Below, piece after piece: positions 8,924-18,284 of a stretch of DNA of 41,512 bases. Location: positions 1-41,512 of the forward strand of contig JBBISQ010000006.1 of the NCBI GenBank assembly GCA_037441155.1. Direction: 5' to 3'. Position numbers and translations under genes: made by a program. Position 1 is the first letter of the stretch. Each line of letters opens with the position of its first letter. The stretch is from Candidatus Fraserbacteria bacterium (GTDB lineage: Bacteria; Bipolaricaulota; Bipolaricaulia; RBG-16-55-9; DRXL01). Below the pieces are notes generated by a model that ran no database searches, was not told the origin of the DNA, and worked only from the letters and a program-made list of their open reading frames with translations.

Positions 8924-9760
8924 ATGCCGACACGGAAATTTAGGCCGATCACGCCGAGTCGCCGCCATATGGAGCTGCCGGACTTCAGCGAGTTGACCGA
9001 CACAGAGCCGGAGAGGAGCTTGCTGGAGCCGCTGCACAAGACCGGCGGGCGCAACAACCAAGGGCGCGTGACCGTGCGCCATCGCGGCGGCGGCCATAAA
9101 CGCTTATATAGAATTATCGACTTTGCCCGCGACAAGTGGGGCGTGCCGGCGAAGGTCGTCTCCAGAGAGTACGATCCCAATCGCTCGGCGTGGATCACGC
9201 TCTTGCACTACGCCGACGGCGAGAAACGCTATATTCTCTCGCCGCTGAACTTAGAGATCGGCTCGGTAGTCGAAGCTGGGGAGAACGTGGAGGCGCGGGT
9301 GGGCAATGCCATGCCCTTGAAGAGAATCCCCGTCGGGGCGATGGTGCACTGTGTAGAATTCTACCCGGGGAGCAAGGGCAAGCTGGCTCGCGCGGCGGGT
9401 ACGGCATGCCAAGTGATGGCCGTGGAGGGAGGGTATGCCCGATTGCGCTTGCCGTCGGGTGAGATCCGGCTCTTCCATGAAGATTGTATGGCGACTGTGG
9501 GGCAGGTAGGGAATATTGATCATCAGAACGTCGTGCATGGGAAGGCAGGGCGCGTGCGCCATCTGGGGATTCGCCCGACGGTGCGCGGCACGGCCATGAA
9601 CCCTGTGGACCATCCGCATGGTGGCGGCGAGGGCCGGCACTACGTAGGGGGGCCACCGCGCACCTTCTCCGGCAAGCCTGCCAAGGGCGTGCGCACCCGC
9701 AAGCCCAACAAGCCCAGCGATAAACTGATCGTCTCGCGGCGGAAAGGGGGAAAGGTCTGA
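8924..9760 (+). CDS. rplB: 50S ribosomal protein L2 (uL2)
   Basis: [16 protein letters not shown]...[13 protein letters not shown]...HPHGGGEG. Start moved to the ATG at 8924, behind GAGGAAG (8914-8920). The ORF-track start at 8912 is a GTG overlapping the rplW stop. Confidence 0.96.
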   Translation: MPTRKFRPITPSRRHMELPDFSELTDTEPERSLLEPLHKTGGRNNQGRVTVRHRGGGHKRLYRIIDFARDKWGVPAKVVSREYDPNRSAWITLLHYADGEKRYILSPLNLEIGSVVEAGENVEARVGNAMPLKRIPVGAMVHCVEFYPGSKGKLARAAGTACQVMAVEGGYARLRLPSGEIRLFHEDCMATVGQVGNIDHQNVVHGKAGRVRHLGIRPTVRGTAMNPVDHPHGGGEGRHYVGGPPRTFSGKPAKGVRTRKPNKPSDKLIVSRRKGGKV

Positions 9761-9761
9761 T

Positions 9762-10046
9762 ATGGCGCGCTCTTTGAAGAAGGGGCCGTATGTGCACCCC
9801 AAATTGCTCAAGAAGGTCGAGAAGCTGAAGCGCGGTGAGATCTCAGAGATCACGACGTGGTCGCGGGCGAGCATGATCACCCCGCAGATGGTCGGGTTGA
9901 CCATTAAAGTGCACAATGGCAAGATTCACGTCCCCGTCTCGATCGTGGAGACGATGGTGGGGCACCGTCTGGGGGAGTTCGCCCTGACCCGCACGTTTAA
10001 GGCGCATGGCGGCATCAAGAAGAAGAAGGCCCCAGCGTTGAAGTAG
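9762..10046 (+). CDS. rpsS: 30S ribosomal protein S19 (uS19)
   Basis: [19 protein letters not shown]...[25 protein letters not shown]. Confidence 0.97.
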   Translation: MARSLKKGPYVHPKLLKKVEKLKRGEISEITTWSRASMITPQMVGLTIKVHNGKIHVPVSIVETMVGHRLGEFALTRTFKAHGGIKKKKAPALK

Positions 10047-10056
10047 GGAGGAGGCT

Positions 10057-10431
10057 ATGCAAGCGCGAGCCGTAGCGAAATGGATCCGGATATCGCCGGT
10101 GAAGGCCCGGCTGCTCTGCAAGCAGATCCAGGGTAAGCCGGTTGATGAGGCATTGCGCTTGACGCGCTTTGCCAGGGTGAAAGCGGCCGTCCCCGTGCGC
10201 AAGTGTCTGGAATCGGCCGTGGCCAACGCCGAGCACAATTACGATATGGACGTGGACGCCCTGTGGGTGAAGGAGGCCCGTGTGGACAAAGGGCCCTTCT
10301 TCAAGCGGGTGCGGCCGGGCTCGCGCGGCAAAGTCTCCATCCGCAAGCGGCGCACAAGCCATATCACCATCGTCGTCAGCGAGAGGGCTCCCTCATCTGA
10401 GCATTCGACCAATATCGATCAGGAAGGATAG
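10057..10431 (+). CDS. rplV: 50S ribosomal protein L22 (uL22)
   Basis: MQARAVAKWIRISPVKARLLCKQIQGKPVDEAL...; SD GGGAGGAGG just upstream. Confidence 0.95.
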   Translation: MQARAVAKWIRISPVKARLLCKQIQGKPVDEALRLTRFARVKAAVPVRKCLESAVANAEHNYDMDVDALWVKEARVDKGPFFKRVRPGSRGKVSIRKRRTSHITIVVSERAPSSEHSTNIDQEG

Positions 10432-10433
10432 CT

Positions 10434-11114
10434 ATGGGACATAAAACGCACCCCTACGGGATTCGCTTGGGAATCAATAAGAAGTGGAAGTCCAGCTGGT
10501 TTGCTCCAAAGAAAGCCCAGGAGTATGTCAAAGAGGACCATCAGATTCGGTCGCTCATCAAGCAGCGCTACCATGGCGCGGGGATTGCCAAGGTCAGCAT
10601 TGAGCGCCCCACGGAAGAATTGGTCTCTATTCTGATCCACACGGCTCGGCCGGGGATCATCATCGGCAAGGGGGGCCAGGAGATCGACCAGTTCCAGAAG
10701 GAGCTTGAAGAGACGATCAAGCGCAAGGTCAAGATATATATCAAAGAAGTTGATCATCCCGATTTAGAAGCGACGTTAGTAGCTGAGGATGTGGCGTCCC
10801 GGATACAGAACCGAATCCCCGTACCGCGCGCCATGAAAGAAGTCATTCAGAGAGTAATGGAGCATGGGGCCAAGGGGATTAAGATTCGCTGTGGGGGCCG
10901 GTTGGGCGGCGCGGAGATCGCGCGCAGCATCGAGAGCAAGGCCGGGCGGGTCCCCCTGCAGACAATCCGTGCCGATATTGACTACGGCTTTGCTCAGGCG
11001 TTGACCAAATACGGGATGATCGGGATTAAAGTCTGGCTCTATCGCGGGGATATTTACCCCGCCCGAGGGGGTGAGGCTCGTGGCGTTACTCGCGCCCAAG
11101 CAGCGCAAGTTTAG
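10434..11114 (+). CDS. rpsC: 30S ribosomal protein S3 (uS3)
   Basis: [24 protein letters not shown]...KH domain...[12 protein letters not shown]-type motif. Confidence 0.97.
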   Translation: MGHKTHPYGIRLGINKKWKSSWFAPKKAQEYVKEDHQIRSLIKQRYHGAGIAKVSIERPTEELVSILIHTARPGIIIGKGGQEIDQFQKELEETIKRKVKIYIKEVDHPDLEATLVAEDVASRIQNRIPVPRAMKEVIQRVMEHGAKGIKIRCGGRLGGAEIARSIESKAGRVPLQTIRADIDYGFAQALTKYGMIGIKVWLYRGDIYPARGGEARGVTRAQAAQV

Positions 11115-11511
11115 GAAGGACCATCGTGGCAATCGGAAGGGCAAGGCCATCCGAGGCTCGACCGTTGCCTTTGGGGATTTTGGGATTCAGGCGTTAGAGC
11201 CCGCGTGGATCACGGCGCAGCAGATCGAAGCGTGTCGAACCGTGATGGTGCGCGAGATGGAGAAGAACTCCAAGATCTGGGTGAGGATCTTCCCCGACAA
11301 GCCCATCACGAAGAAGCCTGCGGAGACACGCATGGGCAAGGGGAAAGGGGACCCTGTGGGTTGGTGCGCCGTCGTCCTTCCCGGACGGATCCTCTTCGAG
11401 ATCAGCGGGGTGGATCGCGCCAAGGCCCAAGAGATTCAGAGATTAGTCGACCATAAGCTGCCCATCAAGACGCGCCTGCGGGAGCGTCTGCGGTTGGGCG
11501 GGGAGCGCTAA
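11080..11511 (+). CDS. rplP: 50S ribosomal protein L16 (uL16)
   Basis: ...[33 protein letters not shown]... Start uncertain: GTG at 11080 (chosen because it gives an N-terminus closest to the usual ML.PKR.K) or GTG at 11071 (ORF track). Either overlaps the rpsC 3' end. Confidence 0.93.
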   Translation: MALLAPKQRKFRKDHRGNRKGKAIRGSTVAFGDFGIQALEPAWITAQQIEACRTVMVREMEKNSKIWVRIFPDKPITKKPAETRMGKGKGDPVGWCAVVLPGRILFEISGVDRAKAQEIQRLVDHKLPIKTRLRERLRLGGER

Positions 11512-11518
11512 GTTCGGT

Positions 11519-11722
11519 ATGGAAAAGATAGAGAAGCTGCGAGAATTGAGCGATGCCGAGCTCCAGCAGAAGGAGCGCGAGCTGAAACGCCAGCTGTTCA
11601 ATGTGCGCTTTGCCGTCTCCACGGGCCAGCAGGACAACACGGCGTTGCTGACCCAGCTCAAGCGCCAGCTGGCCCGCGTCAAGACGATCTTGCGTGAGCG
11701 CCAGCTCCAACAGACTCGGTGA
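11519..11722 (+). CDS. rpmC: 50S ribosomal protein L29 (uL29)
   Basis: 67 aa; ...[31 protein letters not shown]... Confidence 0.93.
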   Translation: MEKIEKLRELSDAELQQKERELKRQLFNVRFAVSTGQQDNTALLTQLKRQLARVKTILRERQLQQTR

Positions 11723-11733
11723 GGACGAGCATT

Positions 11734-11991
11734 ATGCCTAAGCGAGAGAAGATCGGACGTGTCATCAGCGACAAGATGGCCAAGACGATCACAGTCTTGG
11801 TCGAGACGCGCGTGCAACACCCTGTGTATAAGAAATATTATATCAAGCGGGCGAAGTTTTACGCGCACGACGAGCACTCGGTGGCCAAGCAAGGTGATCT
11901 GGTGAGGATTGTCGAGTGTCGGCCGCTGTCGCGGCTCAAGCGGTGGCGTTTGGTCGAGGTGGTGGAACGCGCCCGCCCTGGCCAGATCTAA
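11734..11991 (+). CDS. rpsQ: 30S ribosomal protein S17 (uS17)
   Basis: [35 protein letters not shown]...; ATG at 11734 behind GAGGA. The ORF-track GTG at 11719 overlaps the rpmC stop. Confidence 0.94.
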   Translation: MPKREKIGRVISDKMAKTITVLVETRVQHPVYKKYYIKRAKFYAHDEHSVAKQGDLVRIVECRPLSRLKRWRLVEVVERARPGQI

Positions 11992-12006
11992 CCGGGAGAG
12001 AGCTCT

Positions 12007-12375
12007 ATGATTCAGATTCGCAGCATCTTGAAAGTCGCGGACAATTCCGGGGTCAAAGAGGTCCGTGTGATCAGCGTCTTGGGGCAGCCGAGCGCGGCGT
12101 GGGGGCAGATTGGGGATATCGTTGTGGCTTCAGTGCAGAAGCGTATCCCTACCAGCGAGATCGACAAGGGCGCTGTGGTACGAGGCGTGATCGTGCGCAC
12201 GCGCCAGCCCTACCGACGCCACGACGGCAGCTATATTCGCTTCGATGATAACGCGGTTGTTCTGATCAACGCGTCGAAGGAGCCCCTGGGGACCCGCATC
12301 TTTGGCCCAGTCCCACGGGAGTTGCGCGAGAAGGGTCTGGTGCGGATTCTCTCCCTTGCGCCGGAGGTGCTGTGA
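12007..12375 (+). CDS. rplN: 50S ribosomal protein L14 (uL14)
   Basis: [22 protein letters not shown]...; 122 aa. Confidence 0.98.
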   Translation: MIQIRSILKVADNSGVKEVRVISVLGQPSAAWGQIGDIVVASVQKRIPTSEIDKGAVVRGVIVRTRQPYRRHDGSYIRFDDNAVVLINASKEPLGTRIFGPVPRELREKGLVRILSLAPEVL

Positions 12376-12689
12376 TGCAGAAGATTCGCAAGGGCGATAC
12401 AGTCAAAGTGATCAAGGGGAACGATCGTGGGCGCGTGGGGACGGTCTTGCAGGTCTTCCCCAAAGAGCGTAGAATTATCGTGAAGGGCGTTGCTATGATC
12501 ACGCGCCACCTGCGGCCCTCGGCAAAACACCGCGAGGGCGGGATCGTCCAACAAGAGGGCACGGTGGCGCTCTCCAACGTCTTGTTGATCTGCCCCGAAT
12601 GCGATCGGCCGACGCGCGTCGGCTTTGTGATCTCTGAGTCTGGCGAGAAGCTGCGCCAGTGCAAACAGTGTAGAAAGACGTTCGACTGA
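12375..12689 (+). CDS. rplX: 50S ribosomal protein L24 (uL24), Cys4 (zinc-ribbon-like) C-terminus
   Basis: [24 protein letters not shown]... KOW motif; ATG at 12375 sits 5 nt after GGAGGTG. The C-terminus carries CPEC...CKQC. Confidence 0.95.
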   Translation: MQKIRKGDTVKVIKGNDRGRVGTVLQVFPKERRIIVKGVAMITRHLRPSAKHREGGIVQQEGTVALSNVLLICPECDRPTRVGFVISESGEKLRQCKQCRKTFD

Positions 12690-12707
12690 ACGGTGTGGTG
12701 ACGAGAA

Positions 12708-13238
12708 ATGTTATACGAACGATATAGAAAAGAGATCGTGCCCAAGCTGATGAAAGAGTTGGGCTATAAGAATATTATGCAGGTGCCCCGCCTCGAGAAG
12801 ATCGTGATCAACATGGGGATTAAAGAGAAGGACGACCCCAAGAAGATCGAGGGGTGCGTCAAGGACTTGGCGACGATCTCTGGGCAACGCCCTGTGGTGA
12901 CGCGGGCCAAGAAGAGCATCTCGGATTTTGGGATTACCAAGGGCGACCCAGTGGGATGCATGGTGACGCTGCGGGGCGTGCGCGCCTATGCGTTCTTTGA
13001 GAAGCTCGTCAATGTCGTCTTGCCCGCGATCAGGGACTTTCGCGGCGTGAGCGCCGATTCGTTCGATGGGCGCGGGAATTTTTCACTGGGCTTGAGCGAT
13101 CAGCTCGTCTTCCCCGAGATCCAATACGATCAAGTGGCCAAGGTGCAGGGCATGGACATCTGTATCGTGACGACGGCCAAGACCGATCGCGAAGGGTATT
13201 ACTTGCTCAAGGCCCTGGGGATGCCTTTCAAAGATTAG
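12708..13238 (+). CDS. rplE: 50S ribosomal protein L5 (uL5)
   Basis: [37 protein letters not shown]... Confidence 0.97.
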   Translation: MLYERYRKEIVPKLMKELGYKNIMQVPRLEKIVINMGIKEKDDPKKIEGCVKDLATISGQRPVVTRAKKSISDFGITKGDPVGCMVTLRGVRAYAFFEKLVNVVLPAIRDFRGVSADSFDGRGNFSLGLSDQLVFPEIQYDQVAKVQGMDICIVTTAKTDREGYYLLKALGMPFKD

Positions 13239-13254
13239 AAGAAGGAGCGTGTAC

Positions 13255-13440
13255 ATGGGAAAGACCTCGTGGAGAGCGAAGCTTGCCAAGCCCCAGAAGT
13301 TTGCGGTGCGTCGGTATAACCGATGCAGCCTCTGTGGGCGTCGGCGCGGGTTTATTCGGGACTTTGGGATTTGTCGGCTTTGCTTTCGGGCGATGGCGCA
13401 TCAAGGCGAGCTGCCCGGTGTCCGCAAGGCCAGCTGGTGA
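13255..13440 (+). CDS. rpsN: 30S ribosomal protein S14, short zinc-binding (type Z) form
   Basis: [45 protein letters not shown]...; 61 aa with CxxC...CxxC. ATG at 13255 lies 7 nt after GAAGGAG. Confidence 0.96.
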   Translation: MGKTSWRAKLAKPQKFAVRRYNRCSLCGRRRGFIRDFGICRLCFRAMAHQGELPGVRKASW

Positions 13441-13449
13441 GGGAGCTCT

Positions 13450-13842
13450 ATGGATCCTATAGCTGATATGATTACGGCTATCAGAAACGCCAACGAGCGC
13501 GCCCTGAGATCGGTGCGTGTGCCGCACTCGAATATCAAAGCTGAGATCGCCCGTGTCCTCAAGGAAGAGGGATTCATTGAGGACTATCGTGTTGAGGGCG
13601 AGAAGAAACGCGACTTAGTTATCGTGATGAAGTACAAAGGGAAGCGCGGCAAGGACCCTGTGATTGAAGGGATAGAGCGGGTCTCCACGCCGGGGCGGCG
13701 TGTCTATGTGGGGGCTTCGGAGATCCCCCGCGTGCGCAGCGGCTTAGGAGTGGCTATTCTGAGCACCTCGCGCGGGGTGCTCACGGGCAAGCAGGCACGC
13801 GCATTGCGGCTCGGCGGCGAACTGCTCGTGGAAGTCTGGTAA
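13450..13842 (+). CDS. rpsH: 30S ribosomal protein S8 (uS8)
   Basis: MDPIADMITAIRNANERALRSVRVPHSNIK... Confidence 0.97.
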   Translation: MDPIADMITAIRNANERALRSVRVPHSNIKAEIARVLKEEGFIEDYRVEGEKKRDLVIVMKYKGKRGKDPVIEGIERVSTPGRRVYVGASEIPRVRSGLGVAILSTSRGVLTGKQARALRLGGELLVEVW

Positions 13843-13865
13843 TTAATACTGAAGAGTGAGGAACT

Positions 13866-14438
13866 ATGTCGAGGATAGGAAAGCAACCAATCCCGGTGCC
13901 GAAGGACGTCAAGGTCCAGATTGGGCCGGATCACGTCCGGGTTGAGAGCAAGGCGGGCTCTCTCGTGCAGCGCTATGAGCCCCAGTATGTGAGTGTCTCC
14001 CTGAGCGACGGCGTGCTCGTCGTCACGCGCAAGGGCGAGGAGAAAGAGTACAAGGCGCGACACGGGCTCTATCGCGCGCTTCTGGCCAATATGATAAAGG
14101 GCGTCCAACAGCCCTACACGAAAGTCCTGCAGTTGGTGGGCTTGGGATATCGGGCCAAGCTCCAAGGGAAGGATCTGATCTTGGAGATCGGCTTTCATGA
14201 TCCGGTGACGTACACGCTGCCGGACAACGTCAAAGCCGAAGTGAAAGACCAGACGGAGATCGTGCTCACCAGCCCAGATAAACAGTTAGTGGGCGAGGTT
14301 GCCGCGGAGATCCGGGCGCTGCGCAAGCCGGAGCCGTATAAGGGCACCGGGATTCGCTACAAAGATGAGCAGATCCGCCGCAAGGAGGGCAAGCTTGCCG
14401 GTGGGGCCGGGGCTGCTGGTGGGGCGAAGGCAGGGTGA
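13866..14438 (+). CDS. rplF: 50S ribosomal protein L6 (uL6)
   Basis: [17 protein letters not shown]...[13 protein letters not shown]... Confidence 0.97.
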   Translation: MSRIGKQPIPVPKDVKVQIGPDHVRVESKAGSLVQRYEPQYVSVSLSDGVLVVTRKGEEKEYKARHGLYRALLANMIKGVQQPYTKVLQLVGLGYRAKLQGKDLILEIGFHDPVTYTLPDNVKAEVKDQTEIVLTSPDKQLVGEVAAEIRALRKPEPYKGTGIRYKDEQIRRKEGKLAGGAGAAGGAKAG

Positions 14439-14803
14439 GCGCAACTATGAAACTGCGAAGTCGGAATGAGCGAAGACTGCGGCGACATGCTCGTATTCGT
14501 CAGAAGGTCTTTGGGACGCCACAGCGCCCCAGATTGTGCGTGTATAAGAGCTTGAAGCACCTCTACGCGCAAGTGATTGACGACACGACAGGGCGCACCC
14601 TTGCCGCGGCCAGCACGCTCGAGCGGGCGCTCAATCTCAAGGGCGGGACGGTCAAATCGGCCCAGGTGCTGGGGAAGGTCATCGCGGAGCGTGCCCAACA
14701 GAAGGGGATCACTGCTGTCACATTCGACCGGGGCGGGTATCCCTATCATGGGGTTGTGAAGGCCTTGGCCGAGGCCAGCCGCAAGGCCGGGCTGCAATTC
14801 TAA
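14435..14803 (+). CDS. rplR: 50S ribosomal protein L18 (uL18)
   Basis: ...[38 protein letters not shown]...[17 protein letters not shown]. Start is either the GTG at 14435 (GTGA overlap with rplF) or the ATG at 14447. Confidence 0.95.
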   Translation: MSATMKLRSRNERRLRRHARIRQKVFGTPQRPRLCVYKSLKHLYAQVIDDTTGRTLAAASTLERALNLKGGTVKSAQVLGKVIAERAQQKGITAVTFDRGGYPYHGVVKALAEASRKAGLQF

Positions 14804-14828
14804 AGTCTTATGAGGGAGGAACAGCGAT

Positions 14829-15344
14829 ATGGCTCGACCACGTGGTGGTGAGCGACGGGTAGCTGAAGAATTCGAGAATGAGGTCATAGACTTGCGTCGT
14901 GTGGCCAAGGTGACCAAGGGGAGCAAGAACCTCAGCTTTCGTGCTACCGTTGTCGTTGGCGACGGCAAGGGGCGCATCGGCCTGGGCAAGGGGAACACCC
15001 GCGAGGTTCCGTCGGCCATCCAGCAGGGGATCCGCGACGCCAAACGCAATATTATACATATCCCGCTGATCGAAGATCGGACGATCCCTCACGAGATCTG
15101 GGGCAAGTTTAAGGCGTCTCGGGTCTTGCTGAAGCCGGCCTTCCCCGGGACGGGGGTCATCGCTGGGGGGACGGTCGGGACGATCTGTCGGCTGGCCGGG
15201 ATTAAAGATATCTTGACGAAGGCGCGTGGCTCTACCAACTCCTTGACGTTGGCCAAGGCCACCCTCGATGGCTTGAGCCGTCTGCGGACATTGGAAGAAG
15301 TAGCGAGGCGGCGCGATAAGAAACCCGAGGAGGTTTTGCAGTGA
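14829..15344 (+). CDS. rpsE: 30S ribosomal protein S5 (uS5)
   Basis: ...[37 protein letters not shown]... Confidence 0.97.
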   Translation: MARPRGGERRVAEEFENEVIDLRRVAKVTKGSKNLSFRATVVVGDGKGRIGLGKGNTREVPSAIQQGIRDAKRNIIHIPLIEDRTIPHEIWGKFKASRVLLKPAFPGTGVIAGGTVGTICRLAGIKDILTKARGSTNSLTLAKATLDGLSRLRTLEEVARRRDKKPEEVLQ

Positions 15345-15973
15345 GATTGAGCGATCTGCGTCCTACGCCGGGCAGTGTGAGAAGGCCCAAGCGGGTCGGT
15401 CGGGGCAACGCTTCGGGGCATGGGACCTATTCTACTCGTGGCGGCAAGGGGCAGACAGCGCGTTCGGGGTATCGGATGCCGCCGGCGTTCGAGGGCGGCC
15501 AGACCCCCTTGTGGAAGCGCGTCCCCAAGCGAGGGTTCAAGAACCCCCATAGGAAGAGCTATGCGTTCGTCAATGTCGGTCAGTTGAATGAAGTCTTCCC
15601 CGATGGCGCGGAGGTCACCCCCAAAGCGCTCGAGGAGCACGGGCTTATTGGAAGATTCTTAAACGGCGTGAAGATCTTGGGGGACGGCCCGCTCGCGAAG
15701 AAGCTGATCGTGAAGGCTCACAAATTCAGCAAGAGCGCGCGCGAGAAGATCGTAGCTGCCGGGGGAAAAGCGATAGCTCTCGTCCCCGAAGAGACGACAG
15801 CGCCCCCGGAGCCACAGCCGACTGAAACTGAAGAAGAGAGAGCAGCAGCGCCAACCCAACAGAAGAAGGCTCAAGCTGCTCTTTCTGACGCGAAAGAAGC
15901 TCAAGTTGCCAAGGAGAAGAAAGCTGCCAAGCCCAAGGCGCCAAAGAAATCCGAGGGCACGACAGGGAAGTGA
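15341..15973 (+). CDS. rplO: 50S ribosomal protein L15 (uL15) with a long K/A/E/P-rich C-terminal tail
   Basis: [28 protein letters not shown]... GTG at 15341 (GTGA overlap with rpsE) lies 7 nt after GAGGAGG. 210 aa, of which the last ~60 are low-complexity. Confidence 0.95.
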   Translation: MRLSDLRPTPGSVRRPKRVGRGNASGHGTYSTRGGKGQTARSGYRMPPAFEGGQTPLWKRVPKRGFKNPHRKSYAFVNVGQLNEVFPDGAEVTPKALEEHGLIGRFLNGVKILGDGPLAKKLIVKAHKFSKSAREKIVAAGGKAIALVPEETTAPPEPQPTETEEERAAAPTQQKKAQAALSDAKEAQVAKEKKAAKPKAPKKSEGTTGK

Positions 15974-15976
15974 GCT

Positions 15977-17647
15977 ATGACTGAAGGGCTGTTTGAGGCA
16001 TTTCGAATCCCGGAAGTCCGCAAGCGTATTCTCTTTACGCTGTGGGTCATCATTGTCTTTCGGCTGGGGGCATGGATTCCCGTGCCGGGGGTGGACCCGC
16101 AGCGGCTCCAAGAGATCTTTCAGCAGTTAGGGCAATTGGGGCAGTTCTTGAGCGCATTTACGGGGGGAGCCTTGGAACGCTTCTCTATCTTCGCGTTGGG
16201 CGTCATCCCCTATATTAACGCTTCGATCATTCTGAGCCTGCTTGTCGCTGTGATCCCCAAGCTCAAAGAGCTGCAAGAGCAAGGGGAAGAAGGCCGTCGC
16301 GTCATCAATAAGATTACGCGCTACGGAACCGTCGCCTTGGCGTTCATCCAGGCTGCCGGGACGAGCTATCTGATCTATACTCAAGGGCTCGTGCAGGCCG
16401 GCCAGAGCTTAGTGGGGTTTATGTTCATCTCGATCGTTGCGCTCACCACGGGAACGATGTTCTTGATGTGGCTGGGCGAGCGTCTCACAGAAAACGGCAT
16501 CGGCCGCGGCATCTCGATGATCATCATGATCGGCATTCTCGCGGATTATCCCCGCTATGTCGGTACTCTCTGGCTCGAGATCACGAACAACCCCAATCCG
16601 TTAAATGCCATCTGGTTACCGTTGTTATTGATCATCTTCGTGCTGGTCACAGCAGGGGTCGTGATGGTGCAGCTGGGGGCGCGACGCATTGACATTCAGT
16701 ACGCCAAGCGCATGGTCAAGGGACGCGTCTATGGCGGGCATAGCACGTTCCTGCCCCTCCAAGTGAACCAAGGCGGCGTGATCCCCATTATCTTCGCTGT
16801 GGCCTTGCTGGCCATTCCGCAGACGATCTTCCAGTTTGTGCAGAAGACGGATATGTGGGCGCGGATGACAACCGAGCGCGCGATCTCTCTGGAGATCACT
16901 GGCCAGAGCCAGGCGGGAGAGCTCTTGGTGAGGGTGGGCGACAGCGCTCCCGTGCAGATCACGCTCGCGCCTGGACAAACGGGCGAGGAGATCGCTCAAG
17001 CTCTCGCCGACGCGCTCAACCGTCAGCAACCCAACGTGGCTCAGACACAGAGCAGCCATCTGGTCATCCCCCTCGAACCGGGAGATACCAAAACTCTCTA
17101 TCTGGGCGAGACTGCTGAGAAGCTGATACCTCTCGCGGTCGCAGGCGACACAGCGACCGTGTACGGGATCACCTTTACGAGAGGAGCCATTCGGGATTGG
17201 ATCAACGTTCTGGGCGATTTCTTCAATTGGTTGGCGACGGACCTCTCACGTGGGCATGTGCTCTATATGGTGCTCAGCGCGGTGCTCATCTTCTTCTTCA
17301 CGTACTTTTACAGCGCGATCGTCTTCAACCCTCGAGATTTGGCGGAGAACCTGCGCAAGTGGGGCGGCTTCGTCCCGGGCATCCGTCCGGGGAAGCCCAC
17401 CACGGATTATATTGAGCTGGTGCAAAGCCGGCTGCTGTTTATCGGGGCTGTCTTTCTGATCATTATTGCCCTCCTGCCCATGGTCATTACGAATCTGAGC
17501 GGCTTGACGGCCTTCTTCTTAGGGGGCACGTCGCTGCTCATCGTCGTGGGTGTGGCCGTGGACACGATCAAGCAGATCGAGGCGCACATGGTGGAGCGCC
17601 GCTACGAGAGCCTGATCGCTAAAGGGGGGTTGGGGCGCCGGATCTAA
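15977..17647 (+). CDS. secY: Preprotein translocase subunit SecY (556 aa, with a large internal insertion)
   Basis: Conserved SecY blocks are present: FSIFALGVIPYINASII, GTMFLMWLGERLTENGIGRGISMII, NPRDLAENLRKWGGFVPGIRPGKPT and GGTSLLIVVGVAVDT. Extra hydrophilic segment at about residues 291-406. Confidence 0.96.
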   Translation: MTEGLFEAFRIPEVRKRILFTLWVIIVFRLGAWIPVPGVDPQRLQEIFQQLGQLGQFLSAFTGGALERFSIFALGVIPYINASIILSLLVAVIPKLKELQEQGEEGRRVINKITRYGTVALAFIQAAGTSYLIYTQGLVQAGQSLVGFMFISIVALTTGTMFLMWLGERLTENGIGRGISMIIMIGILADYPRYVGTLWLEITNNPNPLNAIWLPLLLIIFVLVTAGVVMVQLGARRIDIQYAKRMVKGRVYGGHSTFLPLQVNQGGVIPIIFAVALLAIPQTIFQFVQKTDMWARMTTERAISLEITGQSQAGELLVRVGDSAPVQITLAPGQTGEEIAQALADALNRQQPNVAQTQSSHLVIPLEPGDTKTLYLGETAEKLIPLAVAGDTATVYGITFTRGAIRDWINVLGDFFNWLATDLSRGHVLYMVLSAVLIFFFTYFYSAIVFNPRDLAENLRKWGGFVPGIRPGKPTTDYIELVQSRLLFIGAVFLIIIALLPMVITNLSGLTAFFLGGTSLLIVVGVAVDTIKQIEAHMVERRYESLIAKGGLGRRI

Positions 17648-17650
17648 ACT

Positions 17651-18280
17651 ATGACTGCGCGACGGATCGTGCTCTTGGGGCCACCGGGATCGGGCAAGGG
17701 AACGCAAGCGGTGCGCTTGGCGGCGTGGTTAGGCGTTCCCCATATTTCGACCGGGGATCTGTTGCGCAGCGAGGTGCAGCACCGCACGGAGTTGGGAGTC
17801 CAGGCCCAGGGCTTTATGGATCGGGGCGAGCTCGTCCCGGATCAGTTGGTCGCGGAGATGATCCGCAAACGCTTACAAGGGACGACGGGCTTCGTGCTCG
17901 ACGGGTTCCCTCGGAACATCAAGCAAGCCAAGATCTTGGACGGCATCACCCCGATAGATCGCGTCTTGCATTTTACGCTCGACCGGGCCGAGATCGTGCG
18001 CCGGCTCAGCGCGCGGCGGGTGTGCTCGCAGTGTGGGCAGGTCTATAATCTGCTCTCCAGCCCCCCGCGCCAAGATAATATCTGTGATCTGTGCGGAAGT
18101 AAGTTAGTACAGCGAACAGATGACACGCCGGAAGTGATCGAGCGGCGGATTGACGTGCAGTACGCTCGCGAGATCGGACCTGTAATAGACTTCTATAAGA
18201 AGCGCAGTGTGCTTCGAGAGATCAACGCTGGCGGATCAATAGAGTCCGTCTATCGCGCAGCCCAGGAAGCTTTGGAGTAG
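17651..18280 (+). CDS. adk: Adenylate kinase (Cys4 zinc lid)
   Basis: IVLLGPPGSGKGTQA P-loop; lid CSQCG...CDLCG. Confidence 0.96.
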   Translation: MTARRIVLLGPPGSGKGTQAVRLAAWLGVPHISTGDLLRSEVQHRTELGVQAQGFMDRGELVPDQLVAEMIRKRLQGTTGFVLDGFPRNIKQAKILDGITPIDRVLHFTLDRAEIVRRLSARRVCSQCGQVYNLLSSPPRQDNICDLCGSKLVQRTDDTPEVIERRIDVQYAREIGPVIDFYKKRSVLREINAGGSIESVYRAAQEALE

Positions 18281-18284
18281 CCCT

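Noticed and set aside
9195-9922. Two overlapping 200-223-aa - strand ORFs over rplB/rpsS, with similar ones over fusA (6088-6825) and secY (16625-17059)
   Set aside because: All lie antisense to highly conserved genes and have Arg/Pro/Ala-rich shadow-frame composition. There is no independent support.
16847-17194. Could the SecY insertion be an intein?
   Set aside because: There is no Cys/Ser/Thr at the would-be N-extein junction, no terminal His-Asn followed by Cys/Ser/Thr, and no recognisable splicing blocks. About 115 aa is also below typical mini-intein size.
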